64,000 nucleotides of DNA from Armatimonadota bacterium (GTDB lineage: Bacteria > Sysuimicrobiota > Sysuimicrobiia > Sysuimicrobiales > Kaftiobacteriaceae). The DNA lies in the NCBI GenBank assembly GCA_037440005.1, contig JBBIUY010000008.1, positions 7,806 through 71,805 of the forward strand, in the 5' to 3' direction. Below the pieces are notes generated by a model. It was not told where the DNA came from. It made no database searches and saw only the letters and a list, made by a program, of their open reading frames with translations. A program made the translations under genes and the position numbers. Each line of letters begins with the position of its first letter. Positions within the stretch are counted from its first letter, which is position 1. Shown piece by piece: positions 27,277 to 35,366 of the stretch.

Positions 27277-27971
27277 TGACGCCGGAGGACCTCAAGAAGA
27301 GCGTGCGGGACCACTACGCCCGGGCGGCCCTGGGCGACTGCGGGTGCGCCGACGCCGGCTGCTGCGCGCCCTCGGCCGCCTCCTGCGAGACCGCAGGAGA
27401 CGGCCTGGGCTGCGGGTTTCCCCTGGCCCATGCCGACCTGCGGCCCGGAGAGGTGGTGGTGGACCTGGGGTCCGGCGCGGGAGGCGAGGTGATCCGGGCG
27501 GCGACGCAGGTCGGTCCGGCCGGCCGGGCCCTGGGGGTGGACATGACCGCGGAGATGGTGGCCCGGGCGCGCGAGGCCGCCCGCGGGGCGGGAGTGCCCG
27601 CCGCGGAGTTCCTGCTGGGCGAGATGGAGCGCCTGCCTCTGGCCGACGCGGTGGCCGACGTGGTGATCAGCAACTGCGCCATCAACCTGGTCCCCGACAA
27701 GGCGGCGGCGTTCCGGGAAGCCTTCCGGGTGCTGCGGCCCGGCGGGCGGCTGGTGGTCTCCGACATGGTCTCCCGGGGGCCGCTGTCCCCGTCTCTGCGG
27801 GCCGACCCCCGGGCGTGGGCGGGCTGCGTGGGCGGCGCCCTGGACGTGGAGGAGTACCTGGCGCTGATCCGCTCCGCCGGATTCCACCCGGTGGAGGTCG
27901 TCGACGCCTCGCCGGCTGCTCCCGGTCAGGTGTTCAGCGTGACGGTGCGGGCCCGCCGGCCTGTGGCCTGA
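27273..27971 (+). CDS. arsM: Arsenite S-adenosylmethionine methyltransferase
   Basis: GLGCG, DLGSGAG, ISNCAINLVPDK and WAGCVGGAL motifs. Confidence 0.85.
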   Translation: MMTPEDLKKSVRDHYARAALGDCGCADAGCCAPSAASCETAGDGLGCGFPLAHADLRPGEVVVDLGSGAGGEVIRAATQVGPAGRALGVDMTAEMVARAREAARGAGVPAAEFLLGEMERLPLADAVADVVISNCAINLVPDKAAAFREAFRVLRPGGRLVVSDMVSRGPLSPSLRADPRAWAGCVGGALDVEEYLALIRSAGFHPVEVVDASPAAPGQVFSVTVRARRPVA

Positions 27972-27974
27972 CCG

Positions 27975-28844
27975 TCAGGAGCCGGTCGCGGAGGACGCCC
28001 CCTCGTCCGCCCGGTGGGCGGGCCGGCCGGCGTACTGCTCGGCCATCTCCCGGGCGCGCTCGGCCGCCCTCCGGATGGCGTCCTGCACGGCGCGGGCGAA
28101 GCCGCGGTCTTCCAGCACCCCCAGGGCCGCCATGGTGGTGCCCCCGGGCGAGGTGACCCGGCGGCGGAGCTCGCCGGGGTCGGCCGCCGACTCGGCCAGC
28201 ATGCGGGCCGCCCCCACCAGGGTCTGCACCGCCAGCCGGCGGGCGAGCTCGCCGCTGAGCCCCAGGTCGGTGCCGGCGCGGACCATCGCCTCGATCAGGT
28301 GGTACACGTAGGCGGGGCCGCTGCCCGACAGCCCGGTCACCACGTCCAGCACGTCTTCGGAGACCACCACGGTGTCGCCCACCGCCTCGAACAGCCGCAC
28401 GGCCGTGGCCAGGTGGTCGGCGGTGGCGCGGCGTCCCGCCGCCAGCGCCGTGGCCGACGCCAGGACGGCGGCGGAGGTGTTGGGCATCGCCCGGATCACC
28501 GGCACCCCCGGCAGCGCCGCCTCCAGGGTGGCCAGGGGGATGCCGGCGATGACCGACACCACCAACTGGTCGGGCCGCACCGCGCCGGCGATCTCCGCCA
28601 GCACCTCCTGGGTGTCCCGGGGCTTGACGGCCAGGACCAGCACCGAGGCGGCCGCCAGCAGCGGGGGTTTGGTCGGCGTCACCCGCACGCCGTAGCGGGC
28701 GCCCACCGACAGCAGCCGCTCCCGGTTGGAGCGGTTGGTGACCCAGATGTCCTCCGGGGAGACCACGGCTCGGTCCAGCAGCCCCCGCAGCAGAGCGTCC
28801 GCCATGTTGCCGGCACCGATCATCCCGATGACCAGCTGCCCCAC
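27975..28844 (-). CDS. proC: Pyrroline-5-carboxylate reductase
   Basis: IGAGNMA, RAMPNT, GLSGSGPAY and VTSPGGTT motifs; GTG start with a GGAGG RBS. Confidence 0.95.
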   Translation of the reverse strand: MGQLVIGMIGAGNMADALLRGLLDRAVVSPEDIWVTNRSNRERLLSVGARYGVRVTPTKPPLLAAASVLVLAVKPRDTQEVLAEIAGAVRPDQLVVSVIAGIPLATLEAALPGVPVIRAMPNTSAAVLASATALAAGRRATADHLATAVRLFEAVGDTVVVSEDVLDVVTGLSGSGPAYVYHLIEAMVRAGTDLGLSGELARRLAVQTLVGAARMLAESAADPGELRRRVTSPGGTTMAALGVLEDRGFARAVQDAIRRAAERAREMAEQYAGRPAHRADEGASSATGS

Positions 28845-28860
28845 GTCTGCCACCTCCGCC

Positions 28861-29050
28861 AAACACACACGCCCTCCCGCCGCAAGGGCGGAAGGGCGTT
28901 CCGCGGTACCACCTTACTTCCGGCGCGCCCGGCTGGCCGTCCGGGGGCGCCGGCACTCTGCGCCGTCTATCGGCCGGCGACCCGGCCCGCTTAGGACCCG
29001 GGTGGGTCGGTCACGGGCTGCTCCGGGGTGGGAGCCCCTTCATCGCGTGT
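28861..29050 (-). promoter_or_regulatory. T-box riboswitch (Pro specifier CCC, ultrashort Stem I) upstream of proC
   Basis: AAGG-TGGTACC-GCGG T-box at 28915-28901; antiterminator and terminator hairpins; Stem I GCGATGAAGGGG-CTCCCA-CCCCGGAGC. Confidence 0.88.
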
Positions 29051-29057
29051 AAGCGTT

Positions 29058-29086
29058 ACTGTAGCACGCCCCGGCCGCAGGCGCAA
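29058..29086 (-). promoter_or_regulatory. Sigma-A-type promoter for the T-box/proC transcript
   Basis: TTGCGC-N17-TACAGT with an extended TG. Confidence 0.65.
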
Positions 29087-29108
29087 GAGGTCGGTGTCCT
29101 GGGTTCGG

Positions 29109-29765
29109 CTACAGCCACCGGTCCCGCCCCCGGTAGATCTCCACCACCGGTCCGGTGGGGTGCTGCCGGCGGTACTCGCGGTACCGGCGGAGCAGGCGGC
29201 GGTACCGGCGGTCTGACGAGCGCAGGCGCCGGTGGGGGACCTGCAACAGGTACCGCTCCACCTTCCACACGTTGCGCCGGGACAGGCGCCAGTCGTACCC
29301 GCCCAGCTCCCGCAGGTCCACCAGCTGGTAGCCGGTGATGCGCCCGCTGTAGTCCACGTAGGGGTCGAAGTAACTCCACACCAGGTCCCGGAGGCTGCGG
29401 AACACCGGCCGCCGGCCGTGCAGCCCGGCGTCCCGGGACCGCCCCACGGCGCCCCACCGTCCCCGGCGGCGGAAGACGAACAGGACGTGGTCGATGCCGT
29501 CCTGGGACTCGAAGCTCAGCAGCAGGGGCGGGTAGCCGTGCTGCTCCAGGATGACGGCGGCCGCCAGGGCCGCTTCCAGGCAGTGGGCGGCGCCCCGGCG
29601 GACCACCTCCCGGAACGAGCGCAGGGTCTCTCCGCGCCGCTCCCAGTTGTACCGCAGCGACCGCAGAAACCGCTGGACCTGCTCGGGGGTGCGGTGGGCC
29701 TGGACGATCCGCCACTCCCTCCGGGTGAACGCCTCCCGCGGGGGCGGTCGGTAGCCTGCCGTCAC
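29109..29765 (-). CDS. Transglutaminase-like cysteine peptidase, vasohibin-like
   Basis: LRYN, HCLEAA, DHV and GAVGRSR...PVFRSLRDLV motifs; GTG start inferred. Confidence 0.65.
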   Translation of the reverse strand: MTAGYRPPPREAFTRREWRIVQAHRTPEQVQRFLRSLRYNWERRGETLRSFREVVRRGAAHCLEAALAAAVILEQHGYPPLLLSFESQDGIDHVLFVFRRRGRWGAVGRSRDAGLHGRRPVFRSLRDLVWSYFDPYVDYSGRITGYQLVDLRELGGYDWRLSRRNVWKVERYLLQVPHRRLRSSDRRYRRLLRRYREYRRQHPTGPVVEIYRGRDRWL

Positions 29766-29882
29766 GGGGGCAGGAATTCGCAGCCTGGCCCCGGGACGCC
29801 TGCCCGCGGCGGCGGGGCGGCCAGGGAGACGGCCTGGCTGCCGTCGAAGTGATGACACCCAGACCGGAAGGAGGTGTCCCCC

Positions 29883-30086
29883 GTGGCGGCCCGGGAGCCG
29901 GCGTTCGCTTCGGCCGACGAGGAGCGCGCGTACCTGGAGCGGGTGAAGGCGGAGCTGGACGCCTGCCGCACCAAGGAGGACGTGGTCCGGGTGTGGCGGG
30001 CCCACTACCTCCGGATCGGCCACCGCAGGCTGGGGCGGCTGCTGCTGGGCCGCAGCGTGGACGAGCTGGTGCGGGGCACGGAGTAG
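29883..30086 (+). CDS. Small helical hypothetical protein
   Basis: GGAGG RBS, typical codon usage, co-oriented with the cupin gene. Confidence 0.6.
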   Translation: MAAREPAFASADEERAYLERVKAELDACRTKEDVVRVWRAHYLRIGHRRLGRLLLGRSVDELVRGTE

Positions 30087-30089
30087 GCC

Positions 30090-30470
30090 GTGGACGTCGT
30101 CCGGCCGGACCGCGCTCAGGCCGGCCCTCCGGAGCGGCCGGAGTACGTCGCGGGGACGGTGCGCCTGCAGTACCTGCGCCGGCCCGCACCCGGGGGGATG
30201 GAGCTGATCGCCGTCTTTTTCGACCCCGGCGCCCGCACCATTCCCCACGTCCACCACGCGGAGCAGGTCCTGGTGTTCGTAGAGGGCGAGGGAGTCGTCG
30301 CCACCGAGGACGGACGGCGCGTCGTGCGCGCCGGGCAGATCGCGGTCATCCCCGCGGGCGCCTGGCACTGGCACGGCGCCACCCGCACCTCGCCCGCCTG
30401 TCACATCTCCATCAAGGCCGCCGGCCCCACCGACTGGACCGTGGAGCGCCGGGACTGGGACGACTACTGA
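30090..30470 (+). CDS. Cupin domain protein
   Basis: PHVH...EQVL and IPAGAWHWHGA cupin motifs. Confidence 0.85.
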   Translation: MDVVRPDRAQAGPPERPEYVAGTVRLQYLRRPAPGGMELIAVFFDPGARTIPHVHHAEQVLVFVEGEGVVATEDGRRVVRAGQIAVIPAGAWHWHGATRTSPACHISIKAAGPTDWTVERRDWDDY

Positions 30471-31402
30471 GGGCCCGCGGACAGCGGCGCCCAGGCGTCC
30501 GGCGGGACGTCGGCGGCGACGACGCCGGGGTGCAGCAGGGTCGCCAGGATTTCCACCCCCGTCACGATCCGGGGGCCGGGGCGGTTGAAGTACGCCGACG
30601 CGTCGGTGAGGTAGACCCGGCCGGACCGCACCGCCGGCAGGGTGTCCCACCCCGGCCGGGCGGTGAGCGGGGAGATCTCCCGCCGCGTCCGCGCCACGTC
30701 GAACCCGCACGGCATCACCACCAGGACCTCGGGCGCCGCGGCCACGACGTCCTCCCAGGGCACGACCACCGACGGCTCCCCCGCCCGGCCGAGCACGTCG
30801 CGCCCCCCGGCGATCTCCACCATCTCCGGCACCCAGTGGCCTGCGATGAAGACCGGGTCCAGCCACTCGATGCACACCACCCGGGGCCGGGGCAGCCCGG
30901 CGGTCGCCCGCCGCACGCGCTCGATCCGGGCCTGAAGGTCAGTCGTCAGTTCTTCGGCCCGGGCGCTCCGGCCGGTCAGGTCCCCCACCAGGCGGATGGT
31001 GTCCAGGATGCCCGCCCAGTCATGCGGTTCCAGCGAGACGATCTTCGGCTGCGCGTCCAGGAGACGGGCGGCCGCGGTGACCAGGGTGTAGGAGGGCGCG
31101 CACACCGCGCACAGCTCCTGGGTGAGGATCAGGTCGGGTCGCAGGGCCGCCAGCCGGGCCGCGTCCAGGTGGTAGACGCTGGTCCCCCGGTGCAGGTGGT
31201 CGCGGATGCGGGCGTCGATCGCCCCGCTGGGGAAGTCCGCGGTGACCACCGCCTGGCTCAGCACGGGCAGCCCGGCGACCTGAGGCGGGTAGTCGCAGTC
31301 GTGGGAGATGCCGACCAGCGAGTCGGCCAGCCCCAGGGCGCAGACGATCTCGGTGGCGCTGGGCAGCAGCGAGACGATCCGCACGACCTGCCCCTTTGGC
31401 AT
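30464..31402 (-). CDS. Cobalamin/iron ABC substrate-binding-like (BtuF family) protein
   Basis: RIVSLLPSATE, SHDCDYP, LCAVCA and FNRPGPR motifs; no signal peptide evident. Confidence 0.8.
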   Translation of the reverse strand: MPKGQVVRIVSLLPSATEIVCALGLADSLVGISHDCDYPPQVAGLPVLSQAVVTADFPSGAIDARIRDHLHRGTSVYHLDAARLAALRPDLILTQELCAVCAPSYTLVTAAARLLDAQPKIVSLEPHDWAGILDTIRLVGDLTGRSARAEELTTDLQARIERVRRATAGLPRPRVVCIEWLDPVFIAGHWVPEMVEIAGGRDVLGRAGEPSVVVPWEDVVAAAPEVLVVMPCGFDVARTRREISPLTARPGWDTLPAVRSGRVYLTDASAYFNRPGPRIVTGVEILATLLHPGVVAADVPPDAWAPLSAGPQ

Positions 31403-31460
31403 CCGGAGCCGGCGTCCCTGCCGCCGCTCCGCGACCTCCCCCGGCCGGGGGTCGGCCGGC

Positions 31461-32582
31461 CTAGGACTGGTAGATGTTGAGCGGGTGCCGCCGGAACGCC
31501 GGGCCCAGCGCCCGGCGCAGTTCGTCGAACATGGCGATGTCGTGCTGGCCCACGAAGGTGACGGCCACCCCCGGCCGCCCCGCCCGCGCCGTGCGGCCCA
31601 CCCGGTGGATGTAAGTCTCCACGTCTTCGGGCATGTCGAAGTTGATCACGTGGGAGACCTCGGGCAGGTCCAGCCCCCGGGCGGCCACGTTGGTGGCCAC
31701 CAGGACCGGCGTGCGCCGCGCCGCGAACTCCCGCAGGGCCTGCAGGCGGGCCCCCTGGCGCAGGCCGCCGTGCAGCAGCCCCACCCGGAGGTCGCGCCTC
31801 AGCGCCCGGGCCAGCCGGTCGGCGCGGTGCTGGGTCCGCCGGAACACCAGCGCGGCCTCCACCGGTTCGGTGCGCAGCAGGCGCCGCAGGGCCCGCACCT
31901 TGTCCTGCTCGGCCACCTCCAGGTAGAACTGGTCCACCGTGGGAACGGTGGGCCGCTCGGCCGCGATGCGGATCCAGACGGGCTGGCGCATCTGCGCCTC
32001 GGCCACGGCCCGCACCGCCGGGGGCATGGTGGCCGAGAACAGCGCCGTCTGGCGGGTCCGGGGCGTGTGGCCGAGGATGCGGGTCACGTCGGGCAGGAAA
32101 CCCATGTCCAGCATCCGGTCCGCCTCGTCCAGGACGACGGCGCCGACGGCGCCCAGGCGGACGGTGGCGCGCTGCAGGTGATCCAGCAGGCGGCCGGGGG
32201 TGGCCACGACCAGGTGCGGACCCCGGCGCAGCTCGCGCAGCTGCCCCTCCATGGACGCCCCGCCGAACAGGGCCACGGGCACCAGACCCCGGGGCCGGCC
32301 CAGGGCCGCCAGGTCGTCGGCCACCTGCAGGGCGAGCTCGCGGGTGGGGACCAGGACCAGAGCCTGCGCCTCCCGGCGGGCGGGGTCCAGCCGCTCCACC
32401 AGGGGGATCCCGTACGCGCCGGTCTTGCCGGAGCCGGTCTGGGCCTGACCGACCACGTCGCGGCCCTCCCGCATCAGCGGGATGACCTTCTCCTGGATGG
32501 GGGTGGGCTGGGTCCAGCCCAGCCCGGCGACGGCCTTCGCCGTCTCGGGGAGGACCGTCAGAGTTCCAAACTGTGTCGACAT
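31461..32582 (-). CDS. DEAD-box RNA helicase
   Basis: Q motif, QTGSGKT, PTRELA, DEAD, SAT, ARGLD and HRVGRTAR. Confidence 0.95.
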   Translation of the reverse strand: MSTQFGTLTVLPETAKAVAGLGWTQPTPIQEKVIPLMREGRDVVGQAQTGSGKTGAYGIPLVERLDPARREAQALVLVPTRELALQVADDLAALGRPRGLVPVALFGGASMEGQLRELRRGPHLVVATPGRLLDHLQRATVRLGAVGAVVLDEADRMLDMGFLPDVTRILGHTPRTRQTALFSATMPPAVRAVAEAQMRQPVWIRIAAERPTVPTVDQFYLEVAEQDKVRALRRLLRTEPVEAALVFRRTQHRADRLARALRRDLRVGLLHGGLRQGARLQALREFAARRTPVLVATNVAARGLDLPEVSHVINFDMPEDVETYIHRVGRTARAGRPGVAVTFVGQHDIAMFDELRRALGPAFRRHPLNIYQS

Positions 32583-32739
32583 ACAATAAGCCTCCTTCGT
32601 CCCCGGCGGTGCCGGGGCGGGTGTGCCGGCATCTGCGCGTGTCTCGCCGGTCCCACCCTGCGAAGAAGGCCCGTCGACACACACGCGAAGGGCGCCGCCA
32701 GCGGCGCCCCTCGCAGAACGCATCTATGACGACGCCGTC

Positions 32740-32768
32740 AGGATATCACACCCTGCAGCCCCCGTCAA
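32740..32768 (-). promoter_or_regulatory. Sigma-A-type promoter for the DEAD-box helicase, giving an approximately 150-nt 5' UTR
   Basis: TTGACG-N17-TATCCT with an extended TG. Confidence 0.6.
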
Positions 32769-32804
32769 ACGGTCGCGGGGCCGGTCCGCCACGCAGGCGG
32801 GCCG

Positions 32805-33191
32805 CTACCAGCGAGGCCGCCGGTCCCGCCGCTCGCGCCGGCGTCCTCCGCCGCCTCCCCGGCGGCCGGACCGCTCGCCTCCTCCACCCCCGCCGGACCA
32901 CCCGCCCGGCCGTCCTCCGCCGTAGCCGCGGCCGCCGGGGGGACCCTGGGGCCGCGGCCGGGCTTCGTTGACGATCAGGCTGCGCCCTTTGAACTCCTTG
33001 CCGTGCATCGCCGAGATGGCCTCGGCCATCCGCTCGGCCGGGATCTCCACGAACCCGAACCCCCGCTCGGCGAGCAGGCGCGCGTCGGTCACCGGCCCCC
33101 AGGTGGTGAACAGGCCGCGCAGCTCCTCTTCGGTGGTGTCGTAGGACAGGTTACCGACAAACAACCGCTTGGTGCTCGTCACATCCGCCAC
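32805..33191 (-). CDS. RRM RNA-binding protein with a Gly/Arg-rich tail
   Basis: RNP2 LFVGNL, RNP1 RGFGFVE and VNEARPR. Confidence 0.92.
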   Translation of the reverse strand: MADVTSTKRLFVGNLSYDTTEEELRGLFTTWGPVTDARLLAERGFGFVEIPAERMAEAISAMHGKEFKGRSLIVNEARPRPQGPPGGRGYGGGRPGGWSGGGGGGERSGRRGGGGGRRRERRDRRPRW

Positions 33192-33206
33192 TCCTCTCCT
33201 GTGAAA

Positions 33207-34034
33207 TCACGCCTCCCGTCGGGGGGGCGTTCCGTTGGACGTCCAGGCGGGGGAGGGGCCGTACGCCTGGCGCGCCCGCCGCGCCCGGGGCAGGGACCGC
33301 ACCGGGTCCTGGTAGGCAAACTGCAGCAGCCGCCGGGCCGCCGGCCCGGTGTAGGTCAGCTCGTGGGTGCCGTCCCGCCGCACCCGCACCTGCCCGCCGT
33401 TCACGCCGGCGTGACGGGCCAGGGCGCGGCGCAGGTCGGAGGCAAACTGTTCGGGACCGGTCAGGGAGACGGCGGGCCGGCGTCCTGCGCTCACGCGTCC
33501 GCCGCCTTCCAGGTAGCCGCGGACGAAGTGGTCCAGCAGGCCGGGAGGCACCAGGGCCACCGGCACCGACCCGTCGGTCGGGTCATCGGGGATCCCCCAG
33601 TCGGCCAGCATGCGGCCCAGGTCCCGGTCGCGGATGTAGGCCTGCAGGCCGTCCCGGCTGCTGCGGCACCACTCGCAGGTGGGGTGACCGGCGCACAGGT
33701 CCTCCACCAGGGTGGCCACGTGGGCGGTGTCCCGGGGATCCACCGTGAGGACCAAGGTGGGCACGGGGCCCTGCTGGAACAGCCGGCCGCAGGCGGCAAT
33801 GTAGCCCACCCAGTACAGCTGCACGGCCCCGCGGCCGCGGCGGGCGTGCTGGCGCAGGTGGAAGGGCGTGGGCAGCCGGTCGTCGGCGCGGCGCCGGAGA
33901 ATGGCGGCCACCGCCGACAGCGGGAGACCGTGCTTGGCGGCGATGGCTGCAGGCGGAAGCCCCGCGGCAAAATCGGCGTGGATCGAGAAGAGCTGGTACG
34001 GATCCCGCCGCGGGAGCCGGCGGGTAGGCGTCAC
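33207..34034 (-). CDS. Degenerate LAGLIDADG-fold DNA-binding protein with an N-terminal HTH-like segment
   Basis: YWVGYIAACG and HFVRGYLEGGG resemble the two LAGLIDADG helices. Confidence 0.6.
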   Translation of the reverse strand: MTPTRRLPRRDPYQLFSIHADFAAGLPPAAIAAKHGLPLSAVAAILRRRADDRLPTPFHLRQHARRGRGAVQLYWVGYIAACGRLFQQGPVPTLVLTVDPRDTAHVATLVEDLCAGHPTCEWCRSSRDGLQAYIRDRDLGRMLADWGIPDDPTDGSVPVALVPPGLLDHFVRGYLEGGGRVSAGRRPAVSLTGPEQFASDLRRALARHAGVNGGQVRVRRDGTHELTYTGPAARRLLQFAYQDPVRSLPRARRARQAYGPSPAWTSNGTPPRREA

Positions 34035-34077
34035 GTTCCGAGCATACCACGTTTTCGGGTCCCGCTCCAGCCCGGCG

Positions 34078-35223
34078 TCAGCCGGACGGGCGGGTGAGGG
34101 CGGGCCGGCGGGGGTCGAACAGCGCGATGGGGTGGCGGGTGCGGCCCTCCAGCGCCAGGTCGGCGGCGATCTCCCCCACCACGGGGGCGAACTTGAACCC
34201 GTGGCCCGAAAAGCCGCAGGCCACCACCACCTGCGGGTGGCGGGGGTGCAGGCCCAGGACGAAGTGGCCGTCGGGGGTGTTGGTGTACAGGCAGGTAGCC
34301 GCCCGGGCCAGCTCCCCGGCCGCGTCGGGCAGGTAGCGCTCCAGCAGCGCCCGCATGGCGTCCGCCTCCTCCGGAGCGACCTGCCGGCGGACGGTCTGGG
34401 GGGTGCACGCCTCCCCGCTGTGGTGGTGGGCCACCTTCACCGTGCCGTCCTCCTGGGTCGGAAAGCCGTAGAAGAACGCTCCGGGCCGGTACTCGCAGAT
34501 GTAGATGGGGAAGCGCCCGGGGCTGAACAGCTCTGGCCGGCGGGGCCGGAACCAGTACATCACGTTGCGCTCCACCACCAGGGGAAGGTCCAGGTCGTCC
34601 AGGACCTGGAGCGCCCACGGCCCCGGGCACAGGACCAGACGGCCGGCCCGGTAGGTTTCCCGGGAGGTCTCCACGGTCACCCCCTCCGGACCGGCGCGCC
34701 AGTGCCGGACGGGCTCGTCGTAGCGCAGGTCCGCTCCCGCGGCGGCGGCCTGCTGCAGGTGCGCGCGCACGCACCCTTCGGGGTCCAGCACGCCCGCCCG
34801 CGGCTCCGCCACGGCCACGTATCCGGGAGGGGGACGAAACGCCGGGTACCGGCGGGCGATCCCGTCGCCGTCCAGGACCTCGTGGGCCAGCCCGTGCTGC
34901 CGGGCGCTGGCCAGGGTGCCGGTGACCAGTTCGCCGTCGGGCGGGCCCACCATCAGCCCGCCGGTGATCCGCAGCAGCGGGGTCCCGCAGCGGTCCTGCA
35001 GCTCCTCCCACAGCCGGTAGCTGCGCTGGACCAGCGGCACGTAGTCGGGGTGCTCGAAGTACGCCTCGCGGATGATGCGCGAGCGGCCGTGAGAGGACCC
35101 CCGGTCGTGGGGCGGCGCGTACTGGTCCACGCCCACCACCCGCGCGCCCCGGCGGGCCAGGTGGAAGGCGGCGGCGCCGCCCATGGCGCCCAGCCCCACG
35201 ACCACCACGTCGGCGGTGACCAT
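34078..35223 (-). CDS. solA: N-methyl-L-tryptophan oxidase / monomeric sarcosine oxidase family
   Basis: GLGAMG, GSSHGRSRIIR, CLYTNTPDGHF and SGHGFKF motifs. Confidence 0.85.
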   Translation of the reverse strand: MVTADVVVVGLGAMGGAAAFHLARRGARVVGVDQYAPPHDRGSSHGRSRIIREAYFEHPDYVPLVQRSYRLWEELQDRCGTPLLRITGGLMVGPPDGELVTGTLASARQHGLAHEVLDGDGIARRYPAFRPPPGYVAVAEPRAGVLDPEGCVRAHLQQAAAAGADLRYDEPVRHWRAGPEGVTVETSRETYRAGRLVLCPGPWALQVLDDLDLPLVVERNVMYWFRPRRPELFSPGRFPIYICEYRPGAFFYGFPTQEDGTVKVAHHHSGEACTPQTVRRQVAPEEADAMRALLERYLPDAAGELARAATCLYTNTPDGHFVLGLHPRHPQVVVACGFSGHGFKFAPVVGEIAADLALEGRTRHPIALFDPRRPALTRPSG

Positions 35224-35366
35224 CGCCACAGGGGAGTTCGCCCCGGCGGATCGTTTTCCCCGGGAGAGGCTACGGGTGCGGCTTAAGTTGGCCAACACTG
35301 ACTTTTCTTTCGATCCGCCCCGTCGGGGTGGCGCGGGCTGCACACGTCCACTATCATAGAACCCAC

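Noticed and set aside
21303-27971. Genomic island or prophage integrated at the tRNAs
   Set aside because: I saw no integrase, no duplicated tRNA 3' end and no compositional shift.
33207-34034. Active homing endonuclease or intein
   Set aside because: The catalytic acidic residues are missing, and there are no intein splice motifs or intron context.
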